From: Syncephalis fuscata S228
Taxonomy: Eukaryota > Fungi > Zoopagomycota
Length of the DNA: 64,000 bases
Reading direction: 5' to 3'
Assembly (NCBI GenBank): GCA_025786725.1
Contig: JAHLTZ010000022.1
Coordinates: forward strand, 310,001-374,000
A model generated the notes under the pieces. It did no database searches, was not told where the DNA came from, and worked only from the letters and a program-made list of their open reading frames with translations. This document shows positions 1 through 13,201 of this stretch, in pieces; position 1 is the first letter of the stretch, and every line of letters starts with the position of its first letter. The position numbers and the translations under genes are program-made.

Positions 1-883
1 GCTATATTGTCAGTCAAACTACCTCTGAACGAGCAAGAAGTTCATAGTAACGCTTCTTGCACTCTTCAGTAACAGGCGGCCTTTCAAGTGATTCTACACA
101 ATGAGCAAACCATCTTCGCTCGCTGGCATCCTATAACAGTGGTTTGTTATTCATTACACTGACTGACTGTGTCTATTCAAGTACCGGCATATAGGTGAAC
201 TCGTGAGCAATGCGTCCACAATAAGTGCTTCGTAAGTGTTCAACAATAGTAGATAGACTGGCCTTTTCGACATAAGTACTAGAGGATTTATCGTCGTTCA
301 TATGTAGAATTCCTATACAACCCATAAGTAATTAATATTATAAAGTTTACTATATACTTGCCATTAAGATTATAGACCTGGGTTGAATCGTTTAATCCAT
401 AGCGAGATGGCTGAAGTGCAACATGTTCGCTAGAATGTAATGTTAGTTACAATTACTGTTATACATCCAATTAACTTACTCTAGCTCCTGAAGGCCTAAT
501 GGATCCAAATTGGCATTTCGGTGCCCGTGTGTACGGTAAGCAATAACCAGTCGTAATAGATTGGCATTTTCTCTTCGGTTATCGAGTTGCTCTTCAGTAT
601 CTTTAAGATAGCAATATTATTAAATCGGAGTTTAATATGAAAGCTATTAGTCACGCTACTACTTACAATCGGGCATATGGAAACGTTTTGGACGACGATA
701 ACCATAGACACCGTCGTCGTGGTAAAAACGCGTCAGTGCTGGCAATGGTTTATACGAAGAAAGTGCTGGCCGTATATTGCTACTAGCAGCAATAGGTAAT
801 GAACGTGCCCACGTACGCTGGCTACGTAATACTGCGCTTGACGTCCCACGCATGGTCGCTTGCGCCAAACGAAGAAACGACAT
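1..883 (-). CDS. 2-oxoadipate/2-oxoglutarate dehydrogenase E1 (DHTKD1-like), 5' part, multi-exon, runs off the window start
   Basis: Mitochondrial-type presequence followed by FYHDDGVYGYR; later exons read YRSNGHL...LNP and LVEHLRSTYCGRIAHEFTYM, typical of the OGDH/DHTKD1 E1 N-terminus; GT-AG introns. Confidence 0.8.
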
Positions 884-1808
884 GATTACAGTGTGTTTTT
901 ATGCACGTAATCCCAATAGACAGCGACAACAACAGCGAAAGAGTAAACAAGATAAAGAAAGCAAGATAGGAGAGTGGGAGTGAGAGAGCAAAGAGATAGA
1001 ACAAGAGGCTGTATAACTGTCCGCCTTGGGTCGCACTGCTTTTATCTATGCCATCTCGAGGGATATACGACGGCCAAGTCGTCTATCGTCGCCAAAGATG
1101 GCCTGACACCCAAAGAAGGTCGTATAGTTTTTAAGGCTTAGTCAGTGTTGTCGTGCGTGTTATGGGGCAACTCATCCATATGTGATAGTTTGCGTGGGAA
1201 AAATCAAATCAATAGTTTTTATCAATGTAATTCACGTCGAGTCGGTTTCGATTCGCCTCGGGTCGATTAATAAAGCTTTTGATTAGTAGGTGGCGTTTTG
1301 CTCACACCAATTTTTGATTCCTCCTCTCAACTCCATCTACATCCACGTATACTGCCTGTCAGTGCCGGAGCGCAAAGTCCTCCTCGTATCCATCCCGGAG
1401 TTAAACAACCTTGCGACAACGCACCAACTGTAAGTATATCTATCCATCCATCTATCCATCCATCCATCTAGCTATTTAGTGCTACTTGGTTTATCTGTTC
1501 ATCTGCTTAAAGATACGCGTATTTGCCAAACGATTGAAACGGTAAATGGATGGTGGTGGCGTTTTTATAGCACTGAATAGCTTGACCAACTGACCAAGCG
1601 ATTATGCATTGCACGCTTTAACAAGCCGGTGCTATTAGTTGCAACTACTAGCTACAGACGAGACAATACTGCTGCTGCTTTATTTGCTAGTCTAAAAGTC
1701 AAATGCAAGCATTAAAGCTGCAATGACAGTAGATTCTACCTACCGCCTCTGTTGCTTATAAAATCATATACTAACCATAGCTTTTATTTTGTTATCTAGT
1801 AAGCTACC

Positions 1809-2267
1809 ATGTCCAACACTTCCGAACAGGCTGTTGTCTACGCTTCCCTCATCCTCCAGGATGACAATGTGGAAATCACCGTATGTAACACTATAATTTG
1901 CTATTGTAACTGGTCTAATAATGTTTATTATACATACGACAAATAGGCTGACAAGATCCAAACCCTTGTCAAGGCTGCTGGCGTCGATGTTGAACTTATC
2001 TGGGCCTCCATCTTCGCCAAGGCTCTTGAAGGCAAGGACCTCGGTGAGATGTTGATGAACGTCGGTGCTGGTGGTGCTGCCCCAGCTGCCGGTGCCGCTG
2101 CCGCCACTGGTGGTGCCGCTGCCGCCGCCGAGGAAGAGAAGGAGGAGGAGAAGGAAGAATCCGATGACGATATGGGCTTCGGTAAGTTACAATGAGTCTA
2201 CCAGTAACTAGACTAGATGACTAACAATGATATGATTGTATTTATTTGTACAGGTTTGTTCGATTAA
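1809..2267 (+). CDS. RPP1: 60S acidic ribosomal protein P1, 3 coding exons; probable 5'UTR intron ~1430-1799
   Basis: [24 protein letters not shown]|[31 protein letters not shown]...[13 protein letters not shown]|GLFD*. Confidence 0.95.
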
Positions 2268-2448
2268 TCGGTTTTTTGCTGATGATATTTGGAAAATTAA
2301 ATACGGCACCTAATCCGTACTCTCCTCATACATTTACACGTGTTTACGTATTATAGTTTATCATGTTGTTACATATCATGTTGTTATTTAATTGTATTAT
2401 TACGTTTAATTGTGTGTATTTATTCAATTTAATGTCATACAAACTTTT

Positions 2449-4157
2449 TTATTTTTTATTTTTGACAGATTCTTGTAATGCTTGCCATTCCGGTAGCCAT
2501 AATGCCTAAATACAATTATTGTTAGTTATGAAATAGCATAATCAATGATGACAATGTTGCCAATTATTATTATCATTTTCATTGTAGATTAATGATTTGC
2601 ACCACTACACGTGGACAGATCTGCAATAAAAAGGTAAATAATTGGATTTACAAATAAATTACACTAAATAGTAAACTATTTAATACAAATCTATTCGTAC
2701 ACTTTGCTTTTCGACAGCACTAAAACCACTAATTGCATACAATAATGTATACAGATTAAAATGTATAATTTACGATTATTAACTAGAAATCGCGTGGGGA
2801 ACGAATGGCTGTCGGTAGTCGTAATGATACACGCTGAATACACGCTATACTTACCGTCTCATTAGAACATGTCACCATAATAGCTAGCTTTGGATTCCAT
2901 CCCACAGCATGTACCGGTCCAGTATGTCCTTCATGCTGTGCAATAGCCGGTGCATCGATGGCCGCATTCACCTGCCAGATGTGTACAGTGCCATCTTCAG
3001 ATCCTATTACAGGTTATTGGTTATTTCTACCAACTACTTGTACTAATCAATTGCACAGATTCTTACCACCAATAACATATTGGCCATCTGGTGTAAAATT
3101 GACTTCATCGCCTGATCCATTGGTAATTGCATTATGCCCAGATAGTCGTCGTTTTACAACGCCTGTAAATGCATCCAGTATATAGTGGCATTCGCCATCT
3201 GTAGCAACCAATAAGCTTAATCCATCATTGCTAAATTTAAGACCTGTCCATCGTAAAGGTGTATCAAAATTGCCACCAACAAAGCTATGAAGTGGAAATA
3301 CTTGAAATGGACCCTAATAAACGTTAATATAAATATACCAACTAAGCAGTCTTTGGCTGCCTACTTTATCCAATGACTCTAGTGCATAAAGTCGGATGTC
3401 ACCACCTGACTTTCCAGCAGCAAACATTTCGCCACCTTGATCCCATCCAACAGCAACAGTACCGTCCAAGTGTAATACGCCCTAGTTATTTTATATATTA
3501 ATATGCACTAATATTTAACCATTCGTATTGGTACCTGACAATTATCAGAACGAAGATCCCATAGTCGAATAGTTCCATCAAGTGAAGCAGATAGAAATGT
3601 ATCATTAACTGGATTCATCTCCAGTGCAGTTACTCTAGTTGGCCATTCATAGCTTAGCATAAGTATTGCGTAAATGAGCTATTGTTGACTCGTTACCGTG
3701 CTTTATGTCCTCGGAAATATCTTAAATATCGATTATCATGCAACGATAAGTATCGGATTGTATCTATTGATTGTTTGTAAATAATTAGAACTGTTTATAT
3801 TCAACGAAATAGTACTTGCCATCGCTTTTAGTTGAGGCATGGATAACATTGTTTCTATGATGTGTGAAACGAGCCATATGGCAGCCATACTTTTTACTTG
3901 GTAATGTTTTTATAACTCTACAAGTTAGAAACAACTTAATACAGGCTAGACGCTGTTATTGAATCTGTGTATTCTTACTTTCCCTCATGGCAATCGTATA
4001 AACAGAGACTATCATCTTGAGACGCGGTTAGACAAACGTCGCCTGATTGAAAGAAATCAAGTGACGTGATCATTTTCTTTTGCTCATTATGCACTTTGGC
4101 AACGTGGAGTGACGCAAGCACACGCGGCGTTAACGTACAGGTCAAACTCTGCGCCAT
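2449..4157 (-). CDS. SWD2: WD40 protein Swd2/WDR82 (COMPASS/CPF subunit), multi-exon
   Basis: ITSLDF...[56 protein letters not shown]-terminal ALWLP. Confidence 0.9.
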
Positions 4158-4779
4158 ACTGTCACGGGCATATCAATGGTCAACTGATTAGTATAGAGAA
4201 GAAGAAAGAAAGAAAGAAACGAACGAACGAACAAACGCGAGTTTAAACGTATTTACTAAACAAACAAAATAATATATTTTACTTTGCACCTTTAAATTAT
4301 CCGCCTTGTTTATGATTGCTATTAAAATAATTAATGATAATAATAAGCTAACTAATTAATAATATACTAATTTAATAAATAGCAATATAAATTAATAAAC
4401 TACAAGTTAAATTGGAATATTTATTGAAACTTTTGCGCTTTAATAACCATCATATTTAAATAATAATAATAATAATAATAATAAACTATTTAATAATTTG
4501 TACAATTATAAATACTTTTACTTAATTCTGAAATGTTTAGATATACGTATATTTATTATGCAATGTATTTGTATTTCATTGTATTCCACGATATTGTTAT
4601 AGCAAACTGTAGATAATTAATGTCGGTTTTGGTTGGTTTAGACCCAATTGGTTCAAGGCAAATAGTAATTGATGCAATTGGAACGCGGCTTTGATTTGCC
4701 GATCAACTAGTTAAATCAGCCGCTCTTTATTGTTACTGGCTATTAACTTGTACTATTCTTATTCATTAACCTTTTGACT

Positions 4780-5434
4780 ATGGAAGACCTTCCACCATTT
4801 GAAGCAGTTGAGCGTAGTTTGTCCTATTTCCGCAGCAATAATACTGGCTTTGATACAGTTGTGTTGGGAAACGTAAGTAAATAACCTATTTAATGCTAGT
4901 CTAATGGTTAAACTACTTTTATTGTTTATAGCTGAAGCTACAGTCAGCCGAGAAAGGCCATGTAGTATTTACGCTCGTTCTTGAGCCTCATCACTTGGTA
5001 AGAAGATAAATCATACTATTATCTACCGTATCGCTTATTATCCACTGATATATTACTAAGAATGCCAATGGCAATCTACACGGCGGCATTACAGCCGGTA
5101 TCATCGATATTGTTAGCTCTTTTTCCATTGCTAGTGCCGGATGCTATATTACTGGTGTATCGACCGATCTCAATGTTAGCTATCTAGCGGCCTCTGAACT
5201 AGGCGATACCATTACTATTGTATGTAGTATTGATCGGAAATAATTCATATAATATTTATACTAATACAATACAAATTACAGGATTCTACATGTAGTCGAT
5301 TGGGCAAAACACTAGCCTATACCACTACAGATGTTAAAAAGGGTGATGTTATTCTTGCCCAAGGAAGACATACAAAGTTTGTTGCATTGGCTTTTGCGAC
5401 ACAGAATAAATTGCAAGGCAAAAGTAATCTTTAA
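4780..5434 (+). CDS. Hotdog-fold acyl-CoA thioesterase (ACOT13/PaaI type), 4 exons, C-terminal SNL (PTS1-like)
   Basis: NANGNLHGGITAGIIDIVSS...GVSTDLNVSYL...RLGKTLAYT...AQGRHTKF. Confidence 0.88.
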
Positions 5435-5494
5435 TAATTCATATAGCAAAATAAATACTATTGCTTTAATTTGATCGTTACGTATTTATTTGAT

Positions 5495-6545
5495 TTACTT
5501 TGGCGTATCAGTGTTTGGTTTAAAGCCACGCAATGTCAAGTCATAAACCACTTCTTCAATACGCTTGACATCATACTAGTGAATAACAGTGAACAGTATT
5601 AATATACTATACCATACTGCTATAATCTATTTACCTTAATTCCATCAAATCTCTTTCGTAGTGCATCATTTTTAAGATTTAGTAATTGGAAACTGGCGTG
5701 CAATTCTTTGACAAAATTGGAGACACGGAATGGATAGGCAAAATCACCGGCTGTAACAGCATTAATGGCCAAACGACTCTGATATACACACAGTTAATTA
5801 ACATAAATTTATCTACAATTATTAATAACCTACTAGTTCGTTAGTTAATGAGCATAGCGCATGTAAATAGTCTTCAATGCTTAGATGAAAGCTTGTCATC
5901 GAATATGTCATATCAAATGGAACTAATGATACATTAATAAATATTTAAATGTCATAAAGACTTGTACCTTGAAGCGTTGCAGCCATTTCCTCTGCACTAA
6001 CTAGGCGCTCTTCATGTAGATAAACAGCGACTGCTGTGATAAAGCAGGCTTGCTGTACAGAACGATTCCACATATCTGCATATCTGCATATATATATATA
6101 TATGTACATACACATTGATTAATATATCAACTCACAAATCAACTAAATGCCTACTTGTAATATTTATGCTCTGGTAAAAGCGAACTTAAACGCTGTAAAT
6201 GACCACGAATGACCACTAGTTCCTGGTCAGCTTGTTTTGCCACCTCGTTTGCTATATCTTAGGTTACTACTTTTAAATACACTGCTTTACTGTATAACAT
6301 ACCCAGATGCTTTGGGTCAGTATGGACACGATTAAGAACTGCATTGGCAGTACGGCATGCTCGGTCCAATTCACGTACTTCTTGACGTAATTGCTAAGCA
6401 GTATATATATATATATGTATATATGTATGTATTAATCATTAGTGTTAACACTCTACTATTCATAAAAACATACGTCGCGTGTCTCCGAATCTACGTCAAG
6501 CTCTTTTTGGATATTGCTGAAAAATTCAAGACTAATTGCCGTCAT
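5495..6545 (-). CDS. TSN: Translin (C3PO subunit), multi-exon
   Basis: [24 protein letters not shown]..., RLAINAVTAGDF, FQLLNLKNDALRKRFDGIK|YDVKRIEEVVYDLTLRG. Confidence 0.92.
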
Positions 6546-8862
6546 GGTAAAAGTAAAAAAGCAAGTTTATTAAAAAAAAGAAGATAACTGTCAAAAAGCG
6601 GTGATGTCGTCAGCATGTTATGAGCGCGTTCCCAATGTCCTTGAACAGCATGGGACTGACATTGATCGACTAGTTTACGTAGTTGTCGTGCTAATGGTTC
6701 AGTAATAGTATTCATCGCTATATCATCGGCCAATACAAGATCGGTTAAAGAGGATTTTGCACCTACTGCAGATAACCAATTAACTATGGCACAAATTAAA
6801 CACCAAAGTGGATGAATAATCGATGGTGATAACTGTACGAGTTGTGCGTATTGACGTCGTTTACGTGTTGACCAACCTCGATTATCTTCACTAATACAAG
6901 TACCAATAGAGAGTGAATCATATAACTACTAGTCTATTAGTATCAATATATATATATATATATATTACTATACTTACTCTTTCAATAATTACAATAATAC
7001 TTCTTACCAATGGCTCTAACGTACTAGTGGCCAATCGAACTTGAATAGGTGGTCGCCAAAGTGTATGGCATGGTGCCATCTCCCAAATAGATAGCCAGAC
7101 TGGCCAATCTTCTCTTAACACTAACTGTTCAATGGTTTCTATCTCTAAATCTATTAATTGATATATACACGTTTTACCAATATTAATTGCCTCCTTTAAA
7201 CTTATTAAAGGATGAAAGTGCGATTGATAGTCGACAGGTACAATATCAAATGTATTAGATTGATTATTACTTGTTATAATCGACAACACTGATTCAAATG
7301 CCATTTCCACCATACGTACAAATGGCTCTATATCTGATGAAGATACATTATCATTCAACCAGTTCAATTCACCATGTGCTAATCTATCCCGTAAACGAGG
7401 ACCTCTTGAATATAAAAATAGATCCATTAAAAAGTTCTAATACAAAGTATTATTATTGTTATTAATACTATTTAGACAAACGTTACCGTAACAGACTCGG
7501 TCAATCTATTGGCTATTAGATTGCATCTAGGTGGTGTATCTTCATTCAATCTAATAGGGGAAGCAAGAATATCATCTAAAATACTATAGAATTGTGTTGA
7601 ATTTGCTGTACAGCATCGTTCTATAGGTAACTGATTGCAATCTACCCAATATCTTCGTAGGCCATGTTCAATTAATGGCAAGATACTAATTACAGTACGT
7701 AGTTGTTGATCTACAGAGCGGCCATCACTGTAATTAGATGGATACCAAAGAGTTGATGTTCCTGGTATAACACGCTCAATCAAGTCCATTGAATGCTTAA
7801 TATCAAATCTACTATTAGTTACTGCTAACTGAATGGCATCTATAATAACTAATCAGCTAATCAGTCTAATTATTCAAATTTACTTACAGTCATAGTAATT
7901 GGATAGATTTGCTAAAGGACGACATTTAATATGATCTAATTGAGGATGTGCACATTTGGCAACCTTTATAAATACTGCCAGTAAAAGTACGGTATAACAA
8001 CGACCACAATCATTGAACGATGCATCCAAGAATCCATGCCAGGCAATATTACGCACATTCATTCCTGTTGGTGGTCCAATCAATAATCGAAGTAGAAATA
8101 TCTATCTAATTTAGTTATAGCAATTATAATCGCCTCTACTTACTAGATCATGGCCTAACAACTGAACTAAAGAAGGAACTAGTAGTAAGTCACGAAGAAG
8201 AAATGGAATAGCAACATCAGCGTGTTTTTGCTTCATTGTAATGACCAGCTAAAGACTATTAATTAATACAATGTAGTGTCATCTATAATACACGTACATC
8301 ACCCAAAAACCGTTCCAACAAAGATGTAATACGTAATAAAGCTGGAAACCAGCCAGATGTACTTGACACTTGCCAATCTACAGCTTGTATTACTGATACC
8401 AATTTAAATGATACATATTATCAACAAATATACAATCTTTTATCGTAAATATTACTTACTCATTAAAAGATAATTTCCTAACCAGTCACGTATCTCTATC
8501 GAAATACCATTGATGATTTGTATTGATAATAAATTATTGTCTACAACCTTGGTTGATTCAGATAACAATTAGCTAATGAATAAGCAGCATGGCTTAATAA
8601 CGCGGCATCACTTGTATCATACGGAACTGCTCTGCCTATACAAGCAATAGTCAAACTACTATTCTGAACTTATTAGACTGCACTCGTCTATTTACCTACT
8701 AGACTGATTAGCTTGGTGTCTGCAAGTTTACAGGCTTCTTTCCAATCAAGTGCAATATATAACGGCAGTTTATTGCCAATGTCATTGGTCGATTGACGTG
8801 TCAATATCGTTGGAAAGTACACTAACGCACGTACTGGAGCACTTAAAGCCCACCTGGTCCAT
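6542..8862 (-). CDS. ERMARD/C6orf70-like protein (DUF4209), multi-exon; apparent 1-nt frameshift just after the ATG
   Basis: [63 protein letters not shown] match remembered ERMARD family motifs. Confidence 0.8.
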
Positions 8863-8920
8863 TACAACAAAAAGACATGATGACAGAACAGGTGAGTAAA
8901 ATATAAAAGCGGTATTTTAT

Positions 8921-9231
8921 TCATGTTAGACCATTTCGTCGCTTTCGTTCTTCCCGACGTGCATCCAACTAAACAGTAACGACATACCAATATATTAGTG
9001 CTTATAATAGATGTAGATACACGTATAGTCGGTGTAGATACTTGCCCAAATCTTTTTGCAATCCCGGTAAGCCTCAAAGTAGGCTGTACACTTGTTCTTA
9101 TCTCCTGGATTGTCCTCCAAACAACGTAGACTCTCTTTGCTTTGTTTGGCACATGGGTCCATAAACAATGTGGCTGGCTTATTGTTGAATGCCGTAAGAT
9201 CTACAGTTGACGACGAAGTATTTGTAGCCAT
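8921..9231 (-). CDS. COX23: Twin CX9C cytochrome c oxidase assembly protein Cox23/CHCHD7, 2 exons with a GC-AG intron
   Basis: FMDPCAKQSKESLRCLEDNPGDKNKCTAYFEAYRDCKKIW|LDARREERKRRNGLT*; GCAAGT donor at 9045-9040. Confidence 0.88.
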
Positions 9232-9606
9232 AATAAGAATAAAGTTGGTGTGAATGAAAGTGAATAAACCATAAGTAAAGTTTTAATGTTCATATTCATA
9301 TTGATTTCAATCTCAATAATGTCATTGCTATTTGATTATGTTTTATTTAATTGTTATGTTTAATAATTTATGCACTAATAAACGTAGTACAAATAATGCT
9401 TTTTACTTATTCATCTGCACACTATTGTATATCAAATAAGGAAAAGATAATAAAATAATGAAAGAATAGAGTATATTGACTTATCCGATGCTAAGTATTA
9501 ACGCAAAGGACAATAAAGACTACGGCGATAGCGACGGGCAATAAAAATAAAGGCGACTTGAGAATAAGTAACATGGTAATACAAATCACATATTTGCTGG
9601 ACGTGT

Positions 9607-10804
9607 TTAAAGAATAGTACAGCATCCAGCTTTATCGGGTACAGGAGCCGTAGTCCCGTTATTGTTGTTAATAGAAGGTCCTGCATGCATGGTTGCTGGT
9701 CCATAATTGGTCAATGCTGGTGCTGGTTGAGCTGGTCGTGGTGGAGGCTATTGATAAATAGGTTATTAGATACAAATGTATTATAAAAGCTCAATCTACT
9801 TACTGCACCGCCTGCTGAATGAATACTATTATTTCTAGCAGGTGCTGGAGCCTAAATGAATTGTATGTAAGCTACTGTATAGCGTATTTAATAAACAACT
9901 AGTAATATTTACCTGACGTTGAGGTAACATCATGCCTTGGGATACATCATGTCCCTATAATACCTGTAAGTAATATGTTCATCAATATTGTATCTGCTAC
10001 TTACTTGAGCAAACGGTGTACTCATCTCGTCATAGCTACGAGGATTCGATGCATAAGAGGAACCAGGTGGCGATGGATATGCACTGACACCTACATCCAA
10101 GTGTGATCCATGGCTAGATGGATAACGGTGCGATGGTGCTCGTGGTATTCTACCAGAACTGCCACTATTTTGTCGTACAAAGGCATCGCTGCCCGAACGA
10201 GATCCAGTACGTGCTGGCGATTTAGGTGGCCGGCTCGGTTGATCAGATGGCGGTGGCTTGCCGTATTTCGCTTCATATTCACGTCGTCTCTGTGCTTCAT
10301 ACCACTTTTCGGTTAGTTTTAATCGACGTTCCCGTTCCCGCTTCTCCTCTTCCGTTTCTTTTGTGTCAAATGGTGATGAATTTGCTTCCAATGCTGCTGC
10401 CTCTTGCATTTGACGATAGACTGTTGGAAGCATTACTTCATCAAATGCCACTGGTGTGGGTAGGTCGCCTTCTTCAAGCGATATAGGTCGGCCATTATTA
10501 CTAAATCCCGCCCAAAAGCCCTCACTGATATCGCTATTGGCGGTGGCACGGCTAGCTCGACTCAATGCAGTGGAGCGGTCATTGGGCGAGTTTCTACGTA
10601 GATTAGGCATGCTTTGCTGCGGTATTAGCAATGAATTCCGCTTTGCAATCGAGTCATTTCGAGCAATACGATCGCGCGTCTTAAAGGGATCAAATGACTC
10701 GTCTTGTTGGACTGCATTCGATGGTGTTGCCTATGGTGATGGCCGTGTTCAAGGTGACATTGTTTAGTATGACTACGAACACAAAAGTAGTTAAAACTTA
10801 CCAT
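9607..10804 (-). CDS. Uncharacterised Pro/Ser-rich protein ending in a CaaX box (AGCCTIL*)
   Basis: ATG|GTAAGT first exon at 10804; main exon contains FDEVMLPTVYRQM; last exon ends PDKAGCCTIL TAA. Confidence 0.7.
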
Positions 10805-13201
10805 GATGATGATAAAGAGAAAGAATGGCACTGACTTGTTGGCGAGACAAAAGGAGAATACCGAGCTGAATATATGCTAAAGAAGAATAACTCTACTGAC
10901 AAAGCGGTAACTTTTATAATGCTTTGTTGTTGTTGTTATTGATGGTACGACAAGAGTAGTGATATAGGCAAATAAAAGAACTGTGGAACACACCAGGTGC
11001 GCCTGCTCAGTAGATTGGCGTGGCTATGCCTGTGTGTGTATGTGTGTATGTGTGTATGTGCGTGCGTGCAGGTACAAGAAGACAAGCAAGAAAGAAAGAA
11101 AAAGCGACTATTCAAGGGTGACCAGGTATATTATCTGTCTGTCCGTCTGTGTGTGCGTTTGTGTGTGAGGTATGAAGTGTGCGCGTAAGGGGCTTTTAAA
11201 GGAAGAATAATCTGTAGACACAGTAGAAGTAAAAGTAGCAGCAGCAAGAAGAGGAGGAGAAACGTGGCTTGTAACAACAAGGATAAACGTGTTCGTCAAA
11301 GATGTATTTGAGCTTCGTCAAGTATTCAGGACTTTTGAATTGATAGTTAGCAGGGGAAAGGCCGGCTACTAGCACTATAAAATAGTTGTACCCGATGGCT
11401 TGCTAATGTGGCGTGATAGTCGACAATGAAAAGGAAAAAGGCATGGAAGAAGAGTGGCTGCGTTTTGGCAAGTCCACCTTGAATAGCGGAAAAGTAGAAA
11501 ATCACCCGAATAAGAATGACCAAGCAAGAAAATGTAGTAAAAAGAGTGTTGATGAGTCGACCACGTTGTTACCTCGACGACTACGACGAATGGACAAGAG
11601 TGGAGCAAAGACGGTTGATTTTTATATAGCGGACTAGATGATATATGGTCTATTAGCTGGGTTGCTGCACATGTTATAGATTTAAAAGATCTGCCAGTGG
11701 CGTGCCAAGCATGCATCAATACCAAGAAAAATCAAGTGACCTGTGGCCAAGTAGCTTCATACAAAGACTGTCTAGCTATTTCTGCCGCTATAGCTTGGCC
11801 ATAAAACTAGCCATCAATTAGTAATGATAATTATCGATGGTGCATCAGTATAGGTCTCGTTGCAACTATGATTACACGTTCCTTCGACATGTCATCGTTG
11901 TTAGTGTTGTTGCACATCGATTTAATTTAATTGCCGGTTTTATCCGTTGCACAGCGTTTTGCTGCCAATAAAGGTCATAGCAACTTGGCTGACCTGTTTT
12001 TGGGCAAATTACAAATGTTGAAACGTTTTCTCCTATACACCATTGCTATGTTTTATGTCTTCTATAAGTAAGTGTTGATGAAAGGAGTCTGGTTGTAGCA
12101 ATAAAGGAATGCAAAATAGCTACATCAATCGTGTAAATGATTTCTCTATTTTAATTCAATGTATTTTTATTGCTATATTGTAAATGTTATAACACCATAT
12201 ATGATCTGTAGTTTACAGCTACATATTCATTATAATTAAAAAGCAATTGAAACAGTATCAAGCCAAGTGCATAGTTCATATTTGTCAAATATCTGGCTGT
12301 AATCATATTAAAACATAGCAGTGCAATAATCAGTAACTACAGACTATTCTATAACATGCATTGTTCATCAGCATCCATATTGCTATGCCCTCTATTTATT
12401 ACACTCTGTATTGCAAATATAATGCTTGATATGTAGTTTGTAATAAACTTGGCTTTGTTCAATGATATCGACTGGTCTATTTTACATTGACAAGTAATGT
12501 CTGATTAATGTATAAATAGCTATGCATGATCAAAAACTATCGAATGATTACATGTGATTATTGTGTTTATAAGTGTGTAGAGCACCATACAGTAAGTGCT
12601 GGACAATGATCTACAAAACATGACCTATCACCTAATATCAGCAGTAGTTGACATAATGCTAGCAAGCATATCACATTGCATATCTATTGTAACTGCAACA
12701 TATAACGACATACTGAATTGATTTAGCATCCATTGTGGCTATATTAACCAAAATCATGAATAGAGTGCTGATCCCAGCAATAAAAAGTTTCACGATGATA
12801 TTAACTTAGTTTAAGAACAACTAGAGTAAACTATTCGTTTATGATTATAACAAATAGTAATACGTACATTGTATAAAATATATCGTGGAAATAAAATGCA
12901 GATCAATCAAGCACATTTAAGTGGTAGTTTAAAGTATATGTATATTAACCATCCATAATGGACGAACATACAGCCAGTTTCTTTTAGTTTGTTTGAGATT
13001 TTAACAAGTAATACAGTATTTAAATAGTAGTGATTTAAAATCAAATTCGTATTTATTAATTATGTAATTTCGTTTAAAATTTAAAATAGTATAACTAATG
13101 ATGCATAAATAGTTTATCCATAAACAATAAGTAATTGACTGGATATACAGTTGTTATGGTTATACGGCAAGAATTTGATCTATGAAAATGCGCTTGCGCC
13201 G

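Noticed and set aside
1541-1600. Possible C/D snoRNA in the RPP1 5'UTR intron (two CTGA boxes)
   Set aside because: No canonical RTGATGA C box, too short, and no rRNA guide I could identify.
10091-10767. Overlapping antisense or alternate-frame ORFs here and inside PKC1, Munc13-like, SAL1, UGT and ABC1 genes
   Set aside because: Shadow ORFs of real coding exons with no independent evidence.
10983-11725. Several short ORFs on both strands
   Set aside because: They arise from (GT)n and purine-rich low-complexity promoter or UTR sequence.
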